A DNA stretch of 64,000 nucleotides from a virus, in IMG/VR virus record IMGVR_UViG_3300037041_001083, positions 1 through 64,000 of that record; one strand, 5' to 3'. Below the pieces are notes generated by a model. That model searched no databases. It was not told where the DNA came from and worked only from the letters and a program-made list of their open reading frames with translations. A program made the translations under genes and the position numbers. This document shows, piece after piece, positions 16,975 to 27,500 of this stretch (positions within the stretch are counted from its first letter, which is position 1; every line of letters starts with the position of its first letter).

Positions 16975-18156
16975 ATGACAACCGCAATTACAACTTTACC
17001 AGCATTGGCAAGTCAATTAACCAACGATCACTTGCAATCATTGGTGATAGAAAACTCAAAACTCGCAATGGACATGAATTTTTTAGCCCTCCTGAGAGCA
17101 AGGAATCCTGAAGTACCAGCAGCTCAATTTGCCGACTTTGTTTACAAGGCGCAGTTGTTCGGAGCTGATCCAAGACGACAACAAATTTACTTGGTGAGTT
17201 ACAAGTCAAAGCAGCGAAAAATGGTCAATGGCAGTTGGCAGGATAGCTGGGAGACACAAGCAAATGCCGTGTTCGCCTACCAGTTTTTTATTCAAGTTGC
17301 CTCGCAAACTGGCGAGCTTGAAGGCCACACCGTTGAAACCGTGAAAGGCAAGTATTTCAACCCATTCACCAGCGAAGAATTTGATGATTTGGTTTGCGTC
17401 GCTACTGTGTTCCGCAAAGGTCGTCGGGAAATTTCCTACACAGCCAGAATGAAGGAATTTGTTTCAATGCGCCCTGATAAGGCTGGCAATATAGTTCCAG
17501 TTGGTCAGTGGGCAACAAAACCGTATTTGATGCTGGAGAAGTGCGCCATTGCCAGTGCTTATCGGCTTGCATTTCCTGAATGGATGACAGGCATGTACAT
17601 CAATGAGGAAATGTCAGGAGAGGATAGCCCTGTCGTTATTGATGTCGAAAGCACCATTGAACAAGCCAAACCACAGCCTCGCAAGCGTATAGCGAAGGAA
17701 GAAACCACAGCTTTGCCTCCTGTCGAAGTGCAACCCGAACCGCAACCAGCCCAACCTGAACCGAGCACAAGAGAGGTATTATCCGAAATTTTGTATCCAC
17801 CAGCCCAGCCAGCAACCCACTTGTCCGTAGTACCACCGGAACCAAGAGGCGTGGCGCAAACCGTAATCGCCCAGCCCGAACCCAAGCGAGCACCGCTACC
17901 ACCTAAGCGCAATGTTGACCAGACACCAGTTTCCCAAGCATCGAAAAGCGCAATGTGGAAATTAGTCATGGTTGAAGTGAACGCAAAACGAATAAACCCA
18001 GACGTAGCGATTGCCAAATTGACAGGCATACAAGGAGGCTTGAGCGAAGGTTTTTGTTTGGAGCTTACCAAAGCTGCAATGAACGGAGACTTCGGTTTTT
18101 TCATTGAAAAACCAGTGGAACCAGCAGCGGAAATAGATGATTTACCGCCATTTTGA
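16975..18156 (+). CDS. bet: Single-strand annealing recombinase (Bet/RecT family)
   Basis: GADPRRQQIYLV, QWATKPYLMLEKCAIASAYRLAFP, GMYINEEM. Confidence 0.9.
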   Translation: MTTAITTLPALASQLTNDHLQSLVIENSKLAMDMNFLALLRARNPEVPAAQFADFVYKAQLFGADPRRQQIYLVSYKSKQRKMVNGSWQDSWETQANAVFAYQFFIQVASQTGELEGHTVETVKGKYFNPFTSEEFDDLVCVATVFRKGRREISYTARMKEFVSMRPDKAGNIVPVGQWATKPYLMLEKCAIASAYRLAFPEWMTGMYINEEMSGEDSPVVIDVESTIEQAKPQPRKRIAKEETTALPPVEVQPEPQPAQPEPSTREVLSEILYPPAQPATHLSVVPPEPRGVAQTVIAQPEPKRAPLPPKRNVDQTPVSQASKSAMWKLVMVEVNAKRINPDVAIAKLTGIQGGLSEGFCLELTKAAMNGDFGFFIEKPVEPAAEIDDLPPF

Positions 18157-18475
18157 GGTGTGCGTGAAGACTGTCGATGAACTCACGAAGGACGGGCTTG
18201 CTGAAATAGGCAAGCTTTCCTTGGATACCATGATGGATAATTTCAAGAAAGCTTTAATCGAACAGGCTTACCACGATGCCAAATTGAACGTGACTATGGC
18301 TGCAAGGATTCTGGAAATAAAACGCACTACGCTCCTCGCAATGCTGTATCGCTACGGGCTTTATGTTGAGGAGGAAAAAACTAAAAATGTGTTTTGTCCT
18401 AAGTGTGGCCAGTGGTTTGTTACTGGTAGAAAGGCAACTACTATTCCTGCTCATAACTGTGTGAGGTTCAAATGA
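18137..18475 (+). CDS. Fis-like HTH protein with C-terminal Zn-ribbon
   Basis: ALIEQA...NVTMAARILEIKRTTL..ML.RYGL; CPKC. Confidence 0.8.
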   Translation: MIYRHFEVCVKTVDELTKDGLAEIGKLSLDTMMDNFKKALIEQAYHDAKLNVTMAARILEIKRTTLLAMLYRYGLYVEEEKTKNVFCPKCGQWFVTGRKATTIPAHNCVRFK

Positions 18476-18579
18476 AATGTGAGGAATGCGGAGGATCGCT
18501 TGATTTAGAATCAGACGACCCTTGTATATGCGAATCAAGTAAGGAATTAATGAAACAACTAGGCTGGGATGAGGATTAA
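18472..18579 (+). CDS. Very small Cys-containing protein (35 aa)
   Basis: MKCEECGGSLDL...; ATGA overlap, GAGG RBS. Confidence 0.45.
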   Translation: MKCEECGGSLDLESDDPCICESSKELMKQLGWDED

Positions 18580-19091
18580 ACAGCTGCTACTGGTACTTTT
18601 TTTGCTAAGACCTTGCTTATAACCATCATTACGAATGGCAACACGGTCAATAACATAGCAACACCTTCCTCGATTGTTTTTTCAACAGAGTCAGCCTTGA
18701 TGTCAAATTTTTCCTCAAACAATTTCGCAACTCTTTCCTGCTCAACAGTATCCATATTGTCAATTTCAGGCTTGATTTGGTCAAACTTGCAATCCTTGAC
18801 TTTGAACAAGTCGATTGCCGCAGTTTGAACGGCTGGAATATCATCAACTCCGGGGCCATTGTCGATCAGAGCTGCAACAGCGGTAGTCAATGAAGCTACG
18901 CCGCAAATCATTATTTCAATGTTCTCTATTCCGATATTTTCCATAACTAATCCCCTTTTTGCTGGTATGAATTTCAGGCAACTTCGCACTATGCGAAAGA
19001 TGCCAAATAAAACGACCAATCTTCGTTTCCACAGTACAATGAAAACCAGTAGCGAGCCAAGCAATGCATCAAACCAGTTTTCTTGTGCCAT
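18576..19091 (-). CDS. Lysis-region membrane-associated protein
   Basis: Directly downstream of the endolysin; hydrophobic termini; alternative start at 18944 after AGGGG. Confidence 0.6.
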   Translation of the reverse strand: MAQENWFDALLGSLLVFIVLWKRRLVVLFGIFRIVRSCLKFIPAKRGLVMENIGIENIEIMICGVASLTTAVAALIDNGPGVDDIPAVQTAAIDLFKVKDCKFDQIKPEIDNMDTVEQERVAKLFEEKFDIKADSVEKTIEEGVAMLLTVLPFVMMVISKVLAKKVPVAAV

Positions 19092-20428
19092 TAAAACACC
19101 TTCAAAAATCCGACAATTTTCATGTCGCCATCAGCGTCAATACTTCGTGTCCTTGCAAACACTCCGTTACCCTCACGATTAACTCCAGTATCATTGTCCG
19201 TGTTGCCTTCGATGGTAAGCATTTTCCCCAGAACATTGATACTCGTTACAAATCCAGTATGCCCATTTTCACTCGTTCCATGCTGCCAAATTACAATACA
19301 TCCCGGAACTGGCCCTATGAGCCTCATTGAAGCTGGAGAGTTTCGCCAAGTTGTTAAGCAATGCTCGGAATGGAAAATATTTGATTTGATGTCCAAAGTT
19401 TTTTCAACTTGCATCACGCAGAACTGAACAAATGCCATGCACCAAGGCTCACCGCCTGCTACGCCATCAACAGCCTTTTGAAACATCTCAACTTCTTTGC
19501 CGTGATTATTCCCTCCTGCCTCGTGAACTCCAATCCACTTGGTCGCTTCCTCCACGAGTTTTAAGTTAGGGTTTTTCAACTCTGGCTTAGGAGTTGGCTT
19601 AGGAGCAGCAGGATAAATAGGAGGTCGCTTGTCCATTGATTTGCCAATGAGTTTAGCTCTGCTACAACCATTCCTTAACGCTCGTGTAAACAAGTCATCA
19701 AGGTTCAAATCCCTGTCAAACCAAAAAACAACCTTGCCAGCGGCATTGAGCGCACGGCAATCTCCAAGCTCATTTGAATTAACCGCAATGTTTACCACCG
19801 TGAGGTCTGTTGGAATATCAGGATTGGCAGGCGGCAGGCTATTGTCAGGCTTTACAGTATCGTCAATTATTTCTCCCATTTCAATAAGTGTTTTCAGCAT
19901 GGCAACACAACCACATCGTTTGCTTATTGCGTCAGGGTCGAAAACCCCGTCACTTACATATTTTCCTTTTGTTTGGACAGTAGTAGAAGCCCATACATAA
20001 GGTGAATTTAAACCTTTGCGGTCATAGCCCATGCCATTGTATTTAGTCCATAAATACAAAATACGGAGAATGCTCCAATCGGTATTCTCTGATAATTTGT
20101 CATACGATAAAGCATCAATAGCCGACTCTTCCCAAGTAAAAGGAGGCTCGCCTGTTTTGGGTCTTCCTGCTGGTACTTGGATTGTTCTGGCGGAAAGTGA
20201 ATCACCATTATGAAGGTGCGTTTTCCAATTACAGTCTGATTCCATTTGATGTATTATTGATATAACAAACCAAGGAACCCCTGTTGCCTTTGATACTGAT
20301 TCATATTTAGATTTATTAGCTAACTGTGCTTTTACTAGCTTTAAAGCAGATTCTTTTTTTTCTGGGACTATTTCAGCTTTGTTCCATAAACCCAATAGTT
20401 TCATTTTCATTTCTTCAAAGTTGTACAT
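19091..20428 (-). CDS. Endolysin: lysozyme-family N-domain plus CHAP C-domain
   Basis: GVPWFVI.IIHQMES, HLHNGD.L, YNGMGY, SPYVWA; EPWCMAFVQ, GHTGFV, TIEGNT. Confidence 0.92.
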   Translation of the reverse strand: MYNFEEMKMKLLGLWNKAEIVPEKKESALKLVKAQLANKSKYESVSKATGVPWFVISIIHQMESDCNWKTHLHNGDSLSARTIQVPAGRPKTGEPPFTWEESAIDALSYDKLSENTDWSILRILYLWTKYNGMGYDRKGLNSPYVWASTTVQTKGKYVSDGVFDPDAISKRCGCVAMLKTLIEMGEIIDDTVKPDNSLPPANPDIPTDLTVVNIAVNSNELGDCRALNAAGKVVFWFDRDLNLDDLFTRALRNGCSRAKLIGKSMDKRPPIYPAAPKPTPKPELKNPNLKLVEEATKWIGVHEAGGNNHGKEVEMFQKAVDGVAGGEPWCMAFVQFCVMQVEKTLDIKSNIFHSEHCLTTWRNSPASMRLIGPVPGCIVIWQHGTSENGHTGFVTSINVLGKMLTIEGNTDNDTGVNREGNGVFARTRSIDADGDMKIVGFLKVF

Positions 20429-20639
20429 TATTATTTTCTCCTAATTTATAAGTTACCACATTAATCTTTTTAAGATTAATAAGATGCCACAAGCTCATAT
20501 ATGTTATACCTAATTCCCTTGCTAATTCGGAAATAGTAAATGTCTTGCTTTTGTAAATTACCCGTACACAAGGTTTTCTATTATTCTGCTGCTCTTTGCT
20601 TGTTTGTCGCCTTAAACCACTTTTCGACAAGTATTTCAT
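20415..20639 (-). CDS. Small HTH protein
   Basis: KTFTISELARELGITY. Confidence 0.55.
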   Translation of the reverse strand: MKYLSKSGLRRQTSKEQQNNRKPCVRVIYKSKTFTISELARELGITYMSLWHLINLKKINVVTYKLGENNNVQL

Positions 20640-20658
20640 TCATAAGAACTCCTGCTGG

Positions 20659-21216
20659 TTATAAATCAATGACGGTAATTCCTCTTGGTATGTTTACCAG
20701 TACCTTATCCTTGACCTTTTTCATCAATACTTTTGTAGTATGGCTGTGTCCATACACAATGATTTTTTTACCCCATCTGTTAAGTAGAGCAGTTCCTTGT
20801 TCTACTTCAACTTTATTTATTCTCTGTTTCCACAAGTGCCTAGCCCAGTTAATCATGCTTTTAAAACAGCCGTAGCCTTGGAATTTTTGCATGTTCCTAA
20901 ATGCCATAGCCTTTTCTTCAGTCCAGCAAACAATGTCGCCATGAGTTAAAATGATATATCCCTCAAGTTCAATAAAAGGCTCAACTGGCTCTCCATCGTG
21001 ATTGCCTTTTATGTAACGCCTACCGTATGCCTTGCATAGCGCATTGTAATAATTTAAACATCTTTCTTTGTCCCTTTGGTCGCAGCCTTTCAAGTCAACG
21101 ATGTCACCCAATAACCAAATGTTTTCCCGTTCAATTACTGCTGGGTCGAGAGGAATATCAATATCCAATGCATGAGGAGCGAACTTGTGAGTATCAGCAA
21201 TCAGTGTGAATATCAT
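20659..21216 (-). CDS. Calcineurin-like metallophosphoesterase
   Basis: ADTH, GDIVD, GNHD, THGD, GHSH. Confidence 0.9.
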   Translation of the reverse strand: MIFTLIADTHKFAPHALDIDIPLDPAVIERENIWLLGDIVDLKGCDQRDKERCLNYYNALCKAYGRRYIKGNHDGEPVEPFIELEGYIILTHGDIVCWTEEKAMAFRNMQKFQGYGCFKSMINWARHLWKQRINKVEVEQGTALLNRWGKKIIVYGHSHTTKVLMKKVKDKVLVNIPRGITVIDL

Positions 21217-21437
21217 TTTGTTTTATCCTTTTTCATTGCGTCAAATTCGGCATCGAGCTTTGCTTTTGCGTCCATGCAACGCTCACCCCATGTAGTTGCA
21301 GATAAAATCAAACCAGCTAATGAGCTTACATTTGCTGACAACTCAGCCCTTTGTTTTGCTAATTCTGCCTTGTCCTTTATTTTGGAGCCAAGCCACAAAT
21401 CCAATATTTTTGCAAAAATAGTTAATAATATTGACAT
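21213..21437 (-). CDS. Membrane-associated coiled-coil protein
   Basis: GGAGG RBS before MSILLTIFAKILDLWLG. Confidence 0.55.
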   Translation of the reverse strand: MSILLTIFAKILDLWLGSKIKDKAELAKQRAELSANVSSLAGLILSATTWGERCMDAKAKLDAEFDAMKKDKTK

Positions 21438-21549
21438 CACGGCCTCCCTATTTGGGTGAGTATTATGTAACCAAATGCAGCACAAAGAAGAATAAAAACT
21501 ACCACTCCCAAAAATTCTAAAATGCTTTTCCAAATCATACTTAACTCCC

Positions 21550-21732
21550 TTAGCGTTTGAAACTATCAAAATAGTTATAAATATCTACAATAATGTACGG
21601 AAACCACAGAAATATAGTCTTTAATACTGCATACGGACTATAATTGGTGTCCAGTCCTGTCTTTTGTCTTGTATAAACGCTTAGTCCAAATAACAATCCA
21701 ATAACTAAATAGATTACTATGCCGATAATCAT
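21550..21732 (-). CDS. Small two-TM membrane protein
   Basis: Hydrophobic; WxPY motif shared with the neighbour. Confidence 0.65.
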   Translation of the reverse strand: MIIGIVIYLVIGLLFGLSVYTRQKTGLDTNYSPYAVLKTIFLWFPYIIVDIYNYFDSFKR

Positions 21733-21932
21733 TCTTTCTCCTCAATTCCATCAGTAATCTTTTCTTTTATTTGACTATATGCAACATACGGCCATACCAA
21801 ACTTCCGATTGTAGCAAGAGCAATGCATTCTCCTCGTGTCATTACTTTGCTGGTGTACGAGTAGCACTGATAAATGCCAGTAGACTCATAGCCAGCAAGG
21901 CCTGCTAAATATAGATACAAAATTGCAATCAT
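21729..21932 (-). CDS. Small membrane protein
   Basis: Hydrophobic segments, VWPY; GGAG RBS. Confidence 0.65.
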   Translation of the reverse strand: MIAILYLYLAGLAGYESTGIYQCYSYTSKVMTRGECIALATIGSLVWPYVAYSQIKEKITDGIEEKE

Positions 21933-21994
21933 TTACTTCTTCTCCAATGGCTTTAAAGGTTAATGTAGGTCAAAATACGTTATCGCTTTATAGT

Positions 21995-22660
21995 TCACTT
22001 TTCGATGGGCCGCAAACCCCTACAATAATGGCGATGATACTTGCCTGACTTCAAACCACGAAATATGTAGCCACACTCATTCTTAGTCATATTATATGTG
22101 CAAATGGCATCCTTGCACTCGATTTTATTGCACCCGTCAAAATCTTTACCCAGCACTGGCTCATCAAATACCATGCGTGTGATGTCGTTCGTAGCTACCT
22201 GACACATGCTTGCTCCACCTGTGCGTAATGACGTTCTGTTGCAAGTTACCCATGCTGGTAATATCACCTCCTCACCGTAAAAGTCGATTATGCCAAGCTG
22301 TAAAGGCACTCCCAATGCTGCTACGCCAATGGTAACAAGACAGGGTTTTTCCGTGTCCTCGATGAAGTGAATAGGCTCATAAACATAGGTAATTGTACCA
22401 GTGGGATTCTCGAACGTGGGATGGCCCGCACATGTCGAAATCACGGCATATTCAGTATTTTTCGGCACATCAAATTTTATCGTGTGCGCTTTCTTGCGTG
22501 GTATTGCCGCAACTCCCTTGAAGTTAAGGCCATCGACATTGAATTTCAGCGTTGCCTCGTTTGAAAACAACTTGTCTGAGGTTGTTGGTGGTAGGAGCGG
22601 TGTCGTAGCACAACCTGTAAAAAATACTAAAAAAACAAAAATTAGTATAAGTGACTTCAT
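21995..22660 (-). CDS. Cys-rich lipoprotein
   Basis: Signal peptide with lipobox-like FTGC. Confidence 0.75.
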   Translation of the reverse strand: MKSLILIFVFLVFFTGCATTPLLPPTTSDKLFSNEATLKFNVDGLNFKGVAAIPRKKAHTIKFDVPKNTEYAVISTCAGHPTFENPTGTITYVYEPIHFIEDTEKPCLVTIGVAALGVPLQLGIIDFYGEEVILPAWVTCNRTSLRTGGASMCQVATNDITRMVFDEPVLGKDFDGCNKIECKDAICTYNMTKNECGYIFRGLKSGKYHRHYCRGLRPIEK

Positions 22661-22669
22661 AACTACCTC

Positions 22670-23491
22670 TTATTTTTTATCAGCCTTGGTAACAACGTGA
22701 AAGCCACAAAAAAACTTGTTGCAGTATGAGGGTACAGGGAGGTAAACCCAGCCTTTATCCCCATAGTCACTACCCCATGAGTTTTTGATGATAAGATAGC
22801 GTCCTTTGCTGGTATCGAAGTAGCCTGATACTTTTATCGCATGTCCACCCTGCGCCCTGCCTATGGTGCTTAAAATACCGTTCTGTGGATTGCTCCAACT
22901 GGTATTCGTGGTCGCTGATAGGACGACAGCATTTTTTGCCCTCAATGCAGCATAAACTTCTTCGAGCGTAGTCACTTCAACATAGCTGGTTATTTTACCC
23001 AATGGTTTTATCGTGGAAACGGATTTTGCTTTGGCATACGGCCATATTGTCTCTGAGGTAATCCAGTATTTTTGTGCAGCACTCAATGCTTTAGTCGTGT
23101 AGTATTGTTTGTAATTACTCCACAAGTGCCGTTCGCTCAGGTCGTAAACTGTGCCAGCCTGTTTAATCAAAAACTCCACAGAGGCAACAGTCGCAAATGC
23201 GGTACATAGCCCTTCACTCCCTTGGTCTTTTACTGGAGTATCAGAACTTCTCAGGTCAACAGTTTCAGGTGCTACGCCCTGCATTTTTCCTGCATCCTTA
23301 ACCCTTTTCATGCCAGTGAACAATATCTTTGTGTCCTTTGTGCTTAGGACTGGACGAGGTTTGTAAGTGAGATTTTTTTGTTTGCCTGTTTCAATCTCCG
23401 CAACAATTTGCGACAGTGGAAGCGCAAACGCCCAACCTCCACATGCACAAAACATAAACAATGCACACAACAGTACCAAAAACTTTTTCAT
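22670..23491 (-). CDS. Secreted papain-like (C1A) cysteine protease
   Basis: Signal peptide; VDLR, PVKDQG..GLCTAFA, GGHAI...GY, IIKNSWG. Confidence 0.93.
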   Translation of the reverse strand: MKKFLVLLCALFMFCACGGWAFALPLSQIVAEIETGKQKNLTYKPRPVLSTKDTKILFTGMKRVKDAGKMQGVAPETVDLRSSDTPVKDQGSEGLCTAFATVASVEFLIKQAGTVYDLSERHLWSNYKQYYTTKALSAAQKYWITSETIWPYAKAKSVSTIKPLGKITSYVEVTTLEEVYAALRAKNAVVLSATTNTSWSNPQNGILSTIGRAQGGHAIKVSGYFDTSKGRYLIIKNSWGSDYGDKGWVYLPVPSYCNKFFCGFHVVTKADKK

Positions 23492-23500
23492 AAAATCCCC

Positions 23501-23683
23501 CTAGCTTAAAAGTTGTTCCTTAGTTTCTTCTTTATTCTTTCGCCGTTGCCGTTTTTTATTAATGTTCCAAAAATCAGGAGAAAAGCACCTATCCATTCTA
23601 CAAATCCAGCCCTTACCTCCTCGCTGCCCATATGGACGTAATTTCCTTTTTCTCCTTTTATTGCAATTATCGCATTGACTCAT
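23501..23683 (-). CDS. Small basic protein
   Basis: GGAGG RBS; Arg/Lys-rich with Cys pairs. Confidence 0.55.
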   Translation of the reverse strand: MSQCDNCNKRRKRKLRPYGQRGGKGWICRMDRCFSPDFWNINKKRQRRKNKEETKEQLLS

Positions 23684-23700
23684 TGCATAAAATCCTCCAT

Positions 23701-23731
23701 AAAAAAAAGGCCCATCGCATAGCGGTGAGCA
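23701..23731 (-). terminator. Rho-independent terminator ending the tail operon
   Basis: GCTCACCGC-TAT-GCGATGGGC stem plus T8. Confidence 0.6.
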
Positions 23732-23777
23732 GATTTCCTTCTACCGCAAGGTAGATGAACAAATATCGCAACAGGAA

Positions 23778-24182
23778 TCAAATACTGTCCAGCGTCGCTT
23801 CGCTAACATCTCCGTCAACCAACTCATTAAAGGCCACCATCACGAGTAAATGTAATTTACACTGAATCATGCGTTCACGAAGGAATGTAATCGTCTCAGG
23901 CTTGAAATTAACCTTTTTGGTTTCCTTGGCCTTGTCAAGCTTGGTAAATATCACATGCAACTTTTTGTTGAAATCCAATGTCTTGGGGTCAGCCTCAAGC
24001 TGGTTCATTACTGCAAACCGGACAAAGTGAAACAGTGGCAATGGTTTGGTTTGAGGTAGTCCATTTTCTAGGATTATTTCCCCGTCCTTACCTTTTAGAT
24101 AAATAGGATTGCCATACTGGTCTCTCTCGATAATAGGATTACCATTCTCGTCATTCACAGGATTGGATAAATTTAGCTCCAT
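23778..24182 (-). CDS. Hypothetical protein (tail-fibre associated)
   Basis: GAGGAG RBS; downstream of the tail fibre. Confidence 0.7.
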   Translation of the reverse strand: MELNLSNPVNDENGNPIIERDQYGNPIYLKGKDGEIILENGLPQTKPLPLFHFVRFAVMNQLEADPKTLDFNKKLHVIFTKLDKAKETKKVNFKPETITFLRERMIQCKLHLLVMVAFNELVDGDVSEATLDSI

Positions 24183-24242
24183 GTCTTACTCCTCTTACGA
24201 ACTAACATTGTTAAACAAGCCCAAATCATATTTGATGTTTTC

Positions 24243-24533
24243 CTATGCGTCAATCGCATCAACAAATTCTGGCATAGTTTTTACTTTTCCATAAGCAACA
24301 GCTACAGGATTTAATATGATGTTAGCTAACTCGTCAAACGGGCTATCGCCGCCACACCAAGAAAAGGATATACTTTTGACAGAAGTTTTACCAGCAATTC
24401 GAGAAGCTTGGTCTTTATAGACAGAAATAGTACACGAACAAGTATTACATAATACATCTACACTAACCGATTCTATTCTCCAGTATTCTACCGTTAAGCC
24501 GCTCGGTAATTCTATTGCTTTTAATAGTGCCAT
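24243..24533 (-). CDS. Tail-fibre-associated small protein
   Basis: MALLK.IELPSG..VEYWRI...AYGKVKT.PEF.DAID, a pattern common after fibre genes. Confidence 0.7.
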   Translation of the reverse strand: MALLKAIELPSGLTVEYWRIESVSVDVLCNTCSCTISVYKDQASRIAGKTSVKSISFSWCGGDSPFDELANIILNPVAVAYGKVKTMPEFVDAIDA

Positions 24534-24543
24534 TTCAATTCTC

Positions 24544-27500
24544 CTATGCTGATTTTAAAAGTTCAATACTCTCTTTTAACTTTTCAATTATTACTTGCTG
24601 TTCCTGAATAGCTTTTACCAAATATGGAAACAAATCTTGGTCAATTCCTTTAATTTTTTCCCCTTCCAATTCAGGCTTAATAGATGAAATATATTTTGGA
24701 CACATAGTTTCGTTTACATGTCCGGGAAATATCTTTTCAAATTCCTGAGCTATAAAACCTGTCTTAGTTTTGCCTATTTTATCTATGTATTCAAAATGAA
24801 CAGGTCTCAAATTACATATTTTGGATAAAGAATCATTCATCTCTTTGATATTTTGTTTGATTCTAATATCAGAAGACGACAACCATGATGGCGAGTCATT
24901 ATATTGATGCCATATACCTACGCTCGAACAATTTCCACCAAGTCGTGATCCTAAAGCATCAGATGGATAGACATAAAACTGAAGTCCCATTGCTGCTACT
25001 GCATCTGTTGAATCCCCATAAATACCAGCATTTCTATCAGAACTGGTGCCAGCTCCTCCCCATCCAAATTTAATACCACAAGATTTTGCTCTTACACTTG
25101 TACCTATATACCACAAATCCAAAACAGGAGGAGTTGCATTCCCTTTTATCGCTATTCCAGAGGCATTAAATCTATGTAATGGTTCTGATGCATTGACTCC
25201 AATGGTAAGTGCTCCTGCTGACGTTAAAAATCCTGCCAATGTATTATGGGTATAAAATGCTATTCCATCATATCCATAAAGTGCAGCGCAATCATTGTTT
25301 CCCAAGCCACCTATTAATGAAGGTAGAATACTTCCTAATCCCGAACCACCAGCAACAGCAAGAGCATATCCTTCTCTTAATGAATAATAATTTGCTGTCG
25401 GAGTAGCAAATGCATTAACAGATACTGCCCCTTTTATTATATTGGCAACATTTCCAGCAGTCGGGCCTATTATACATGTGCCTGTCTGGTCACAAGAGAA
25501 GGCATTTATCCAAGTAATCGGCCCTGTCCCATTTGCTGCTACAGCTATTGTTACTCCTGCTGCTGCTGTTCCATCGAATAGTTGGATTCTTGCCGCCCCT
25601 TTTGCATCATTTATTCTGTTACCTGATGGCTTTACTACGTTTGCATCCCAATAATGAATGTTGGCATCTTTCCAAAATATTGATTGCCCTAATGTTAATG
25701 CCGTAATTGTATCCGCAGCAGTAAGATTCAATAAGGATAACGAAATGCTACTTGTCCATACTGGAGTCGCAGTACCTCCAGAAGTTAGAACTTGCCCTGC
25801 TACACCAGCAGCTAGTGCCATAGGAGTTGCTTTGCCGCCTACTACTGTACCTCCATAAATCATTTGTCCAAGAGCAGTCATAGGATTGGTAAGGATACTC
25901 GAAATAGCTACACCGCTGTCTTTAGGTATTGTTCCGTTCGTAGTGCTCCATGTCATAATATTATCTGCAACACTTGATGCTATTGCGGTTACTTGTTTGT
26001 TATTTGTTACATTACTTAATCCTGCCTGAGTAGGAGTAATTGAAATTCCCACCGTTGCTGCTGCGGTCAATCGCCCCTGCTGGTCAACTGTGAAAGTCGC
26101 TACCGATGATGCAGAACCATACGGATTCGGAGTTACCGCAGTATTCGCAAGAGAGAGTGTTCTTGTTGAAGTTAAATCACCACCACCCGATAACCCTGTG
26201 CTTGTAGAAATAGACACTGTTGAATGGTCAATATGCCTATTTGTAACATTATGCGCTGATACTGCTGCTGCCGCTGTTCCTGCTGCATCTGCGCCGACTT
26301 GACTATATGTTGTGCCATGAGGATTTGATGTACTGGCAATGTGTCCTGATACGCTGGTAGCCAAAATTCCGCTGTCTGCTGGTAAATCTCCTGATATAGC
26401 TCCCCATGTCATTATGTTGCCGATAACGGCAGAGGCTATTTTCTTAACCTGAGCATTATCAGTCACGTTGCCTAAACCTACATGCGTCTTTGTAGTCCCA
26501 TGTGGGTTATTCGCAATATATCCAATATGAGTTTGAATATTAGCATTAGCTGGCTCTGCTCCTGCTTGCGCTGGAGATATTGAAATTGCTACTGTCGCCG
26601 CTGCTGTTAATCGACCTTGTGCATCCACCGTAAAAGTTGCAACAGATGCCGCTCCTCCGTATGGATTTGCCGTTACTGTCGTGTTATTTAATGTGGCTTT
26701 TATTCCATTTGCGTCTGGTATGGCTAAATTTATTGTAGTGCTGTTTTGTACTACCGCATTGGCCTTAATTCCATTTGCGTCAGGAACAGACATGGTTACT
26801 GAATTGCTATTTTGTACAACAATACCATGCCTATGGTCACTTCTGGACAAGGTTGTTGATGTCCCTATTTGTCCTGTTGACAAAGTTGTTGATAACGGAG
26901 TTGTATCGCTATAGGCATATGAAGTGATAGGAATAACCTGCATTGTATCTGCATCTCTCGCATATCCTACCGACACTTGATAGTTAGGCGCTGCTGGTTT
27001 TACTTCGGTTATTTTTCCAGCCGTTGTTGCACTTAGGAACTGCTCTGCACCTGCTGTCCTTGTGTATCCTGCTGCAACAAATCCCTTCAAACGTCCATAC
27101 TCTTGAATATTGATTGGCGACCCTGCCACAACTGCTTTAGGAGCAAATCCTACAAACCTTCGTGAACGAACTTCATTCGTTGCGTCGGTCTTGTAAACAC
27201 GACCTGCGGTACGGCCTCCATCAGTAGCTCCGGGTGAAATGTAAACTGAGTCAAGGTCATCGAGATTTTCACCTGCAACAAATTCTGTGTAAAGGGTTTC
27301 CTGTGCGCCCAGCATACCAACTTGGCCGGGAACAAGTTTTAGGTTGTCATTACCAACCAGCAAATTGTTTCCAGAACGACGGGCAACAATGTAAGTAGTG
27401 TCGTCGGTAGGTACTGTTTCTGGAGTGGCAGTATTTAGCGTTAAATTGGCTGCTGCTGTGCCTGTTCGGTTCACGGTAACATAAACTACATGAGTTGCTG

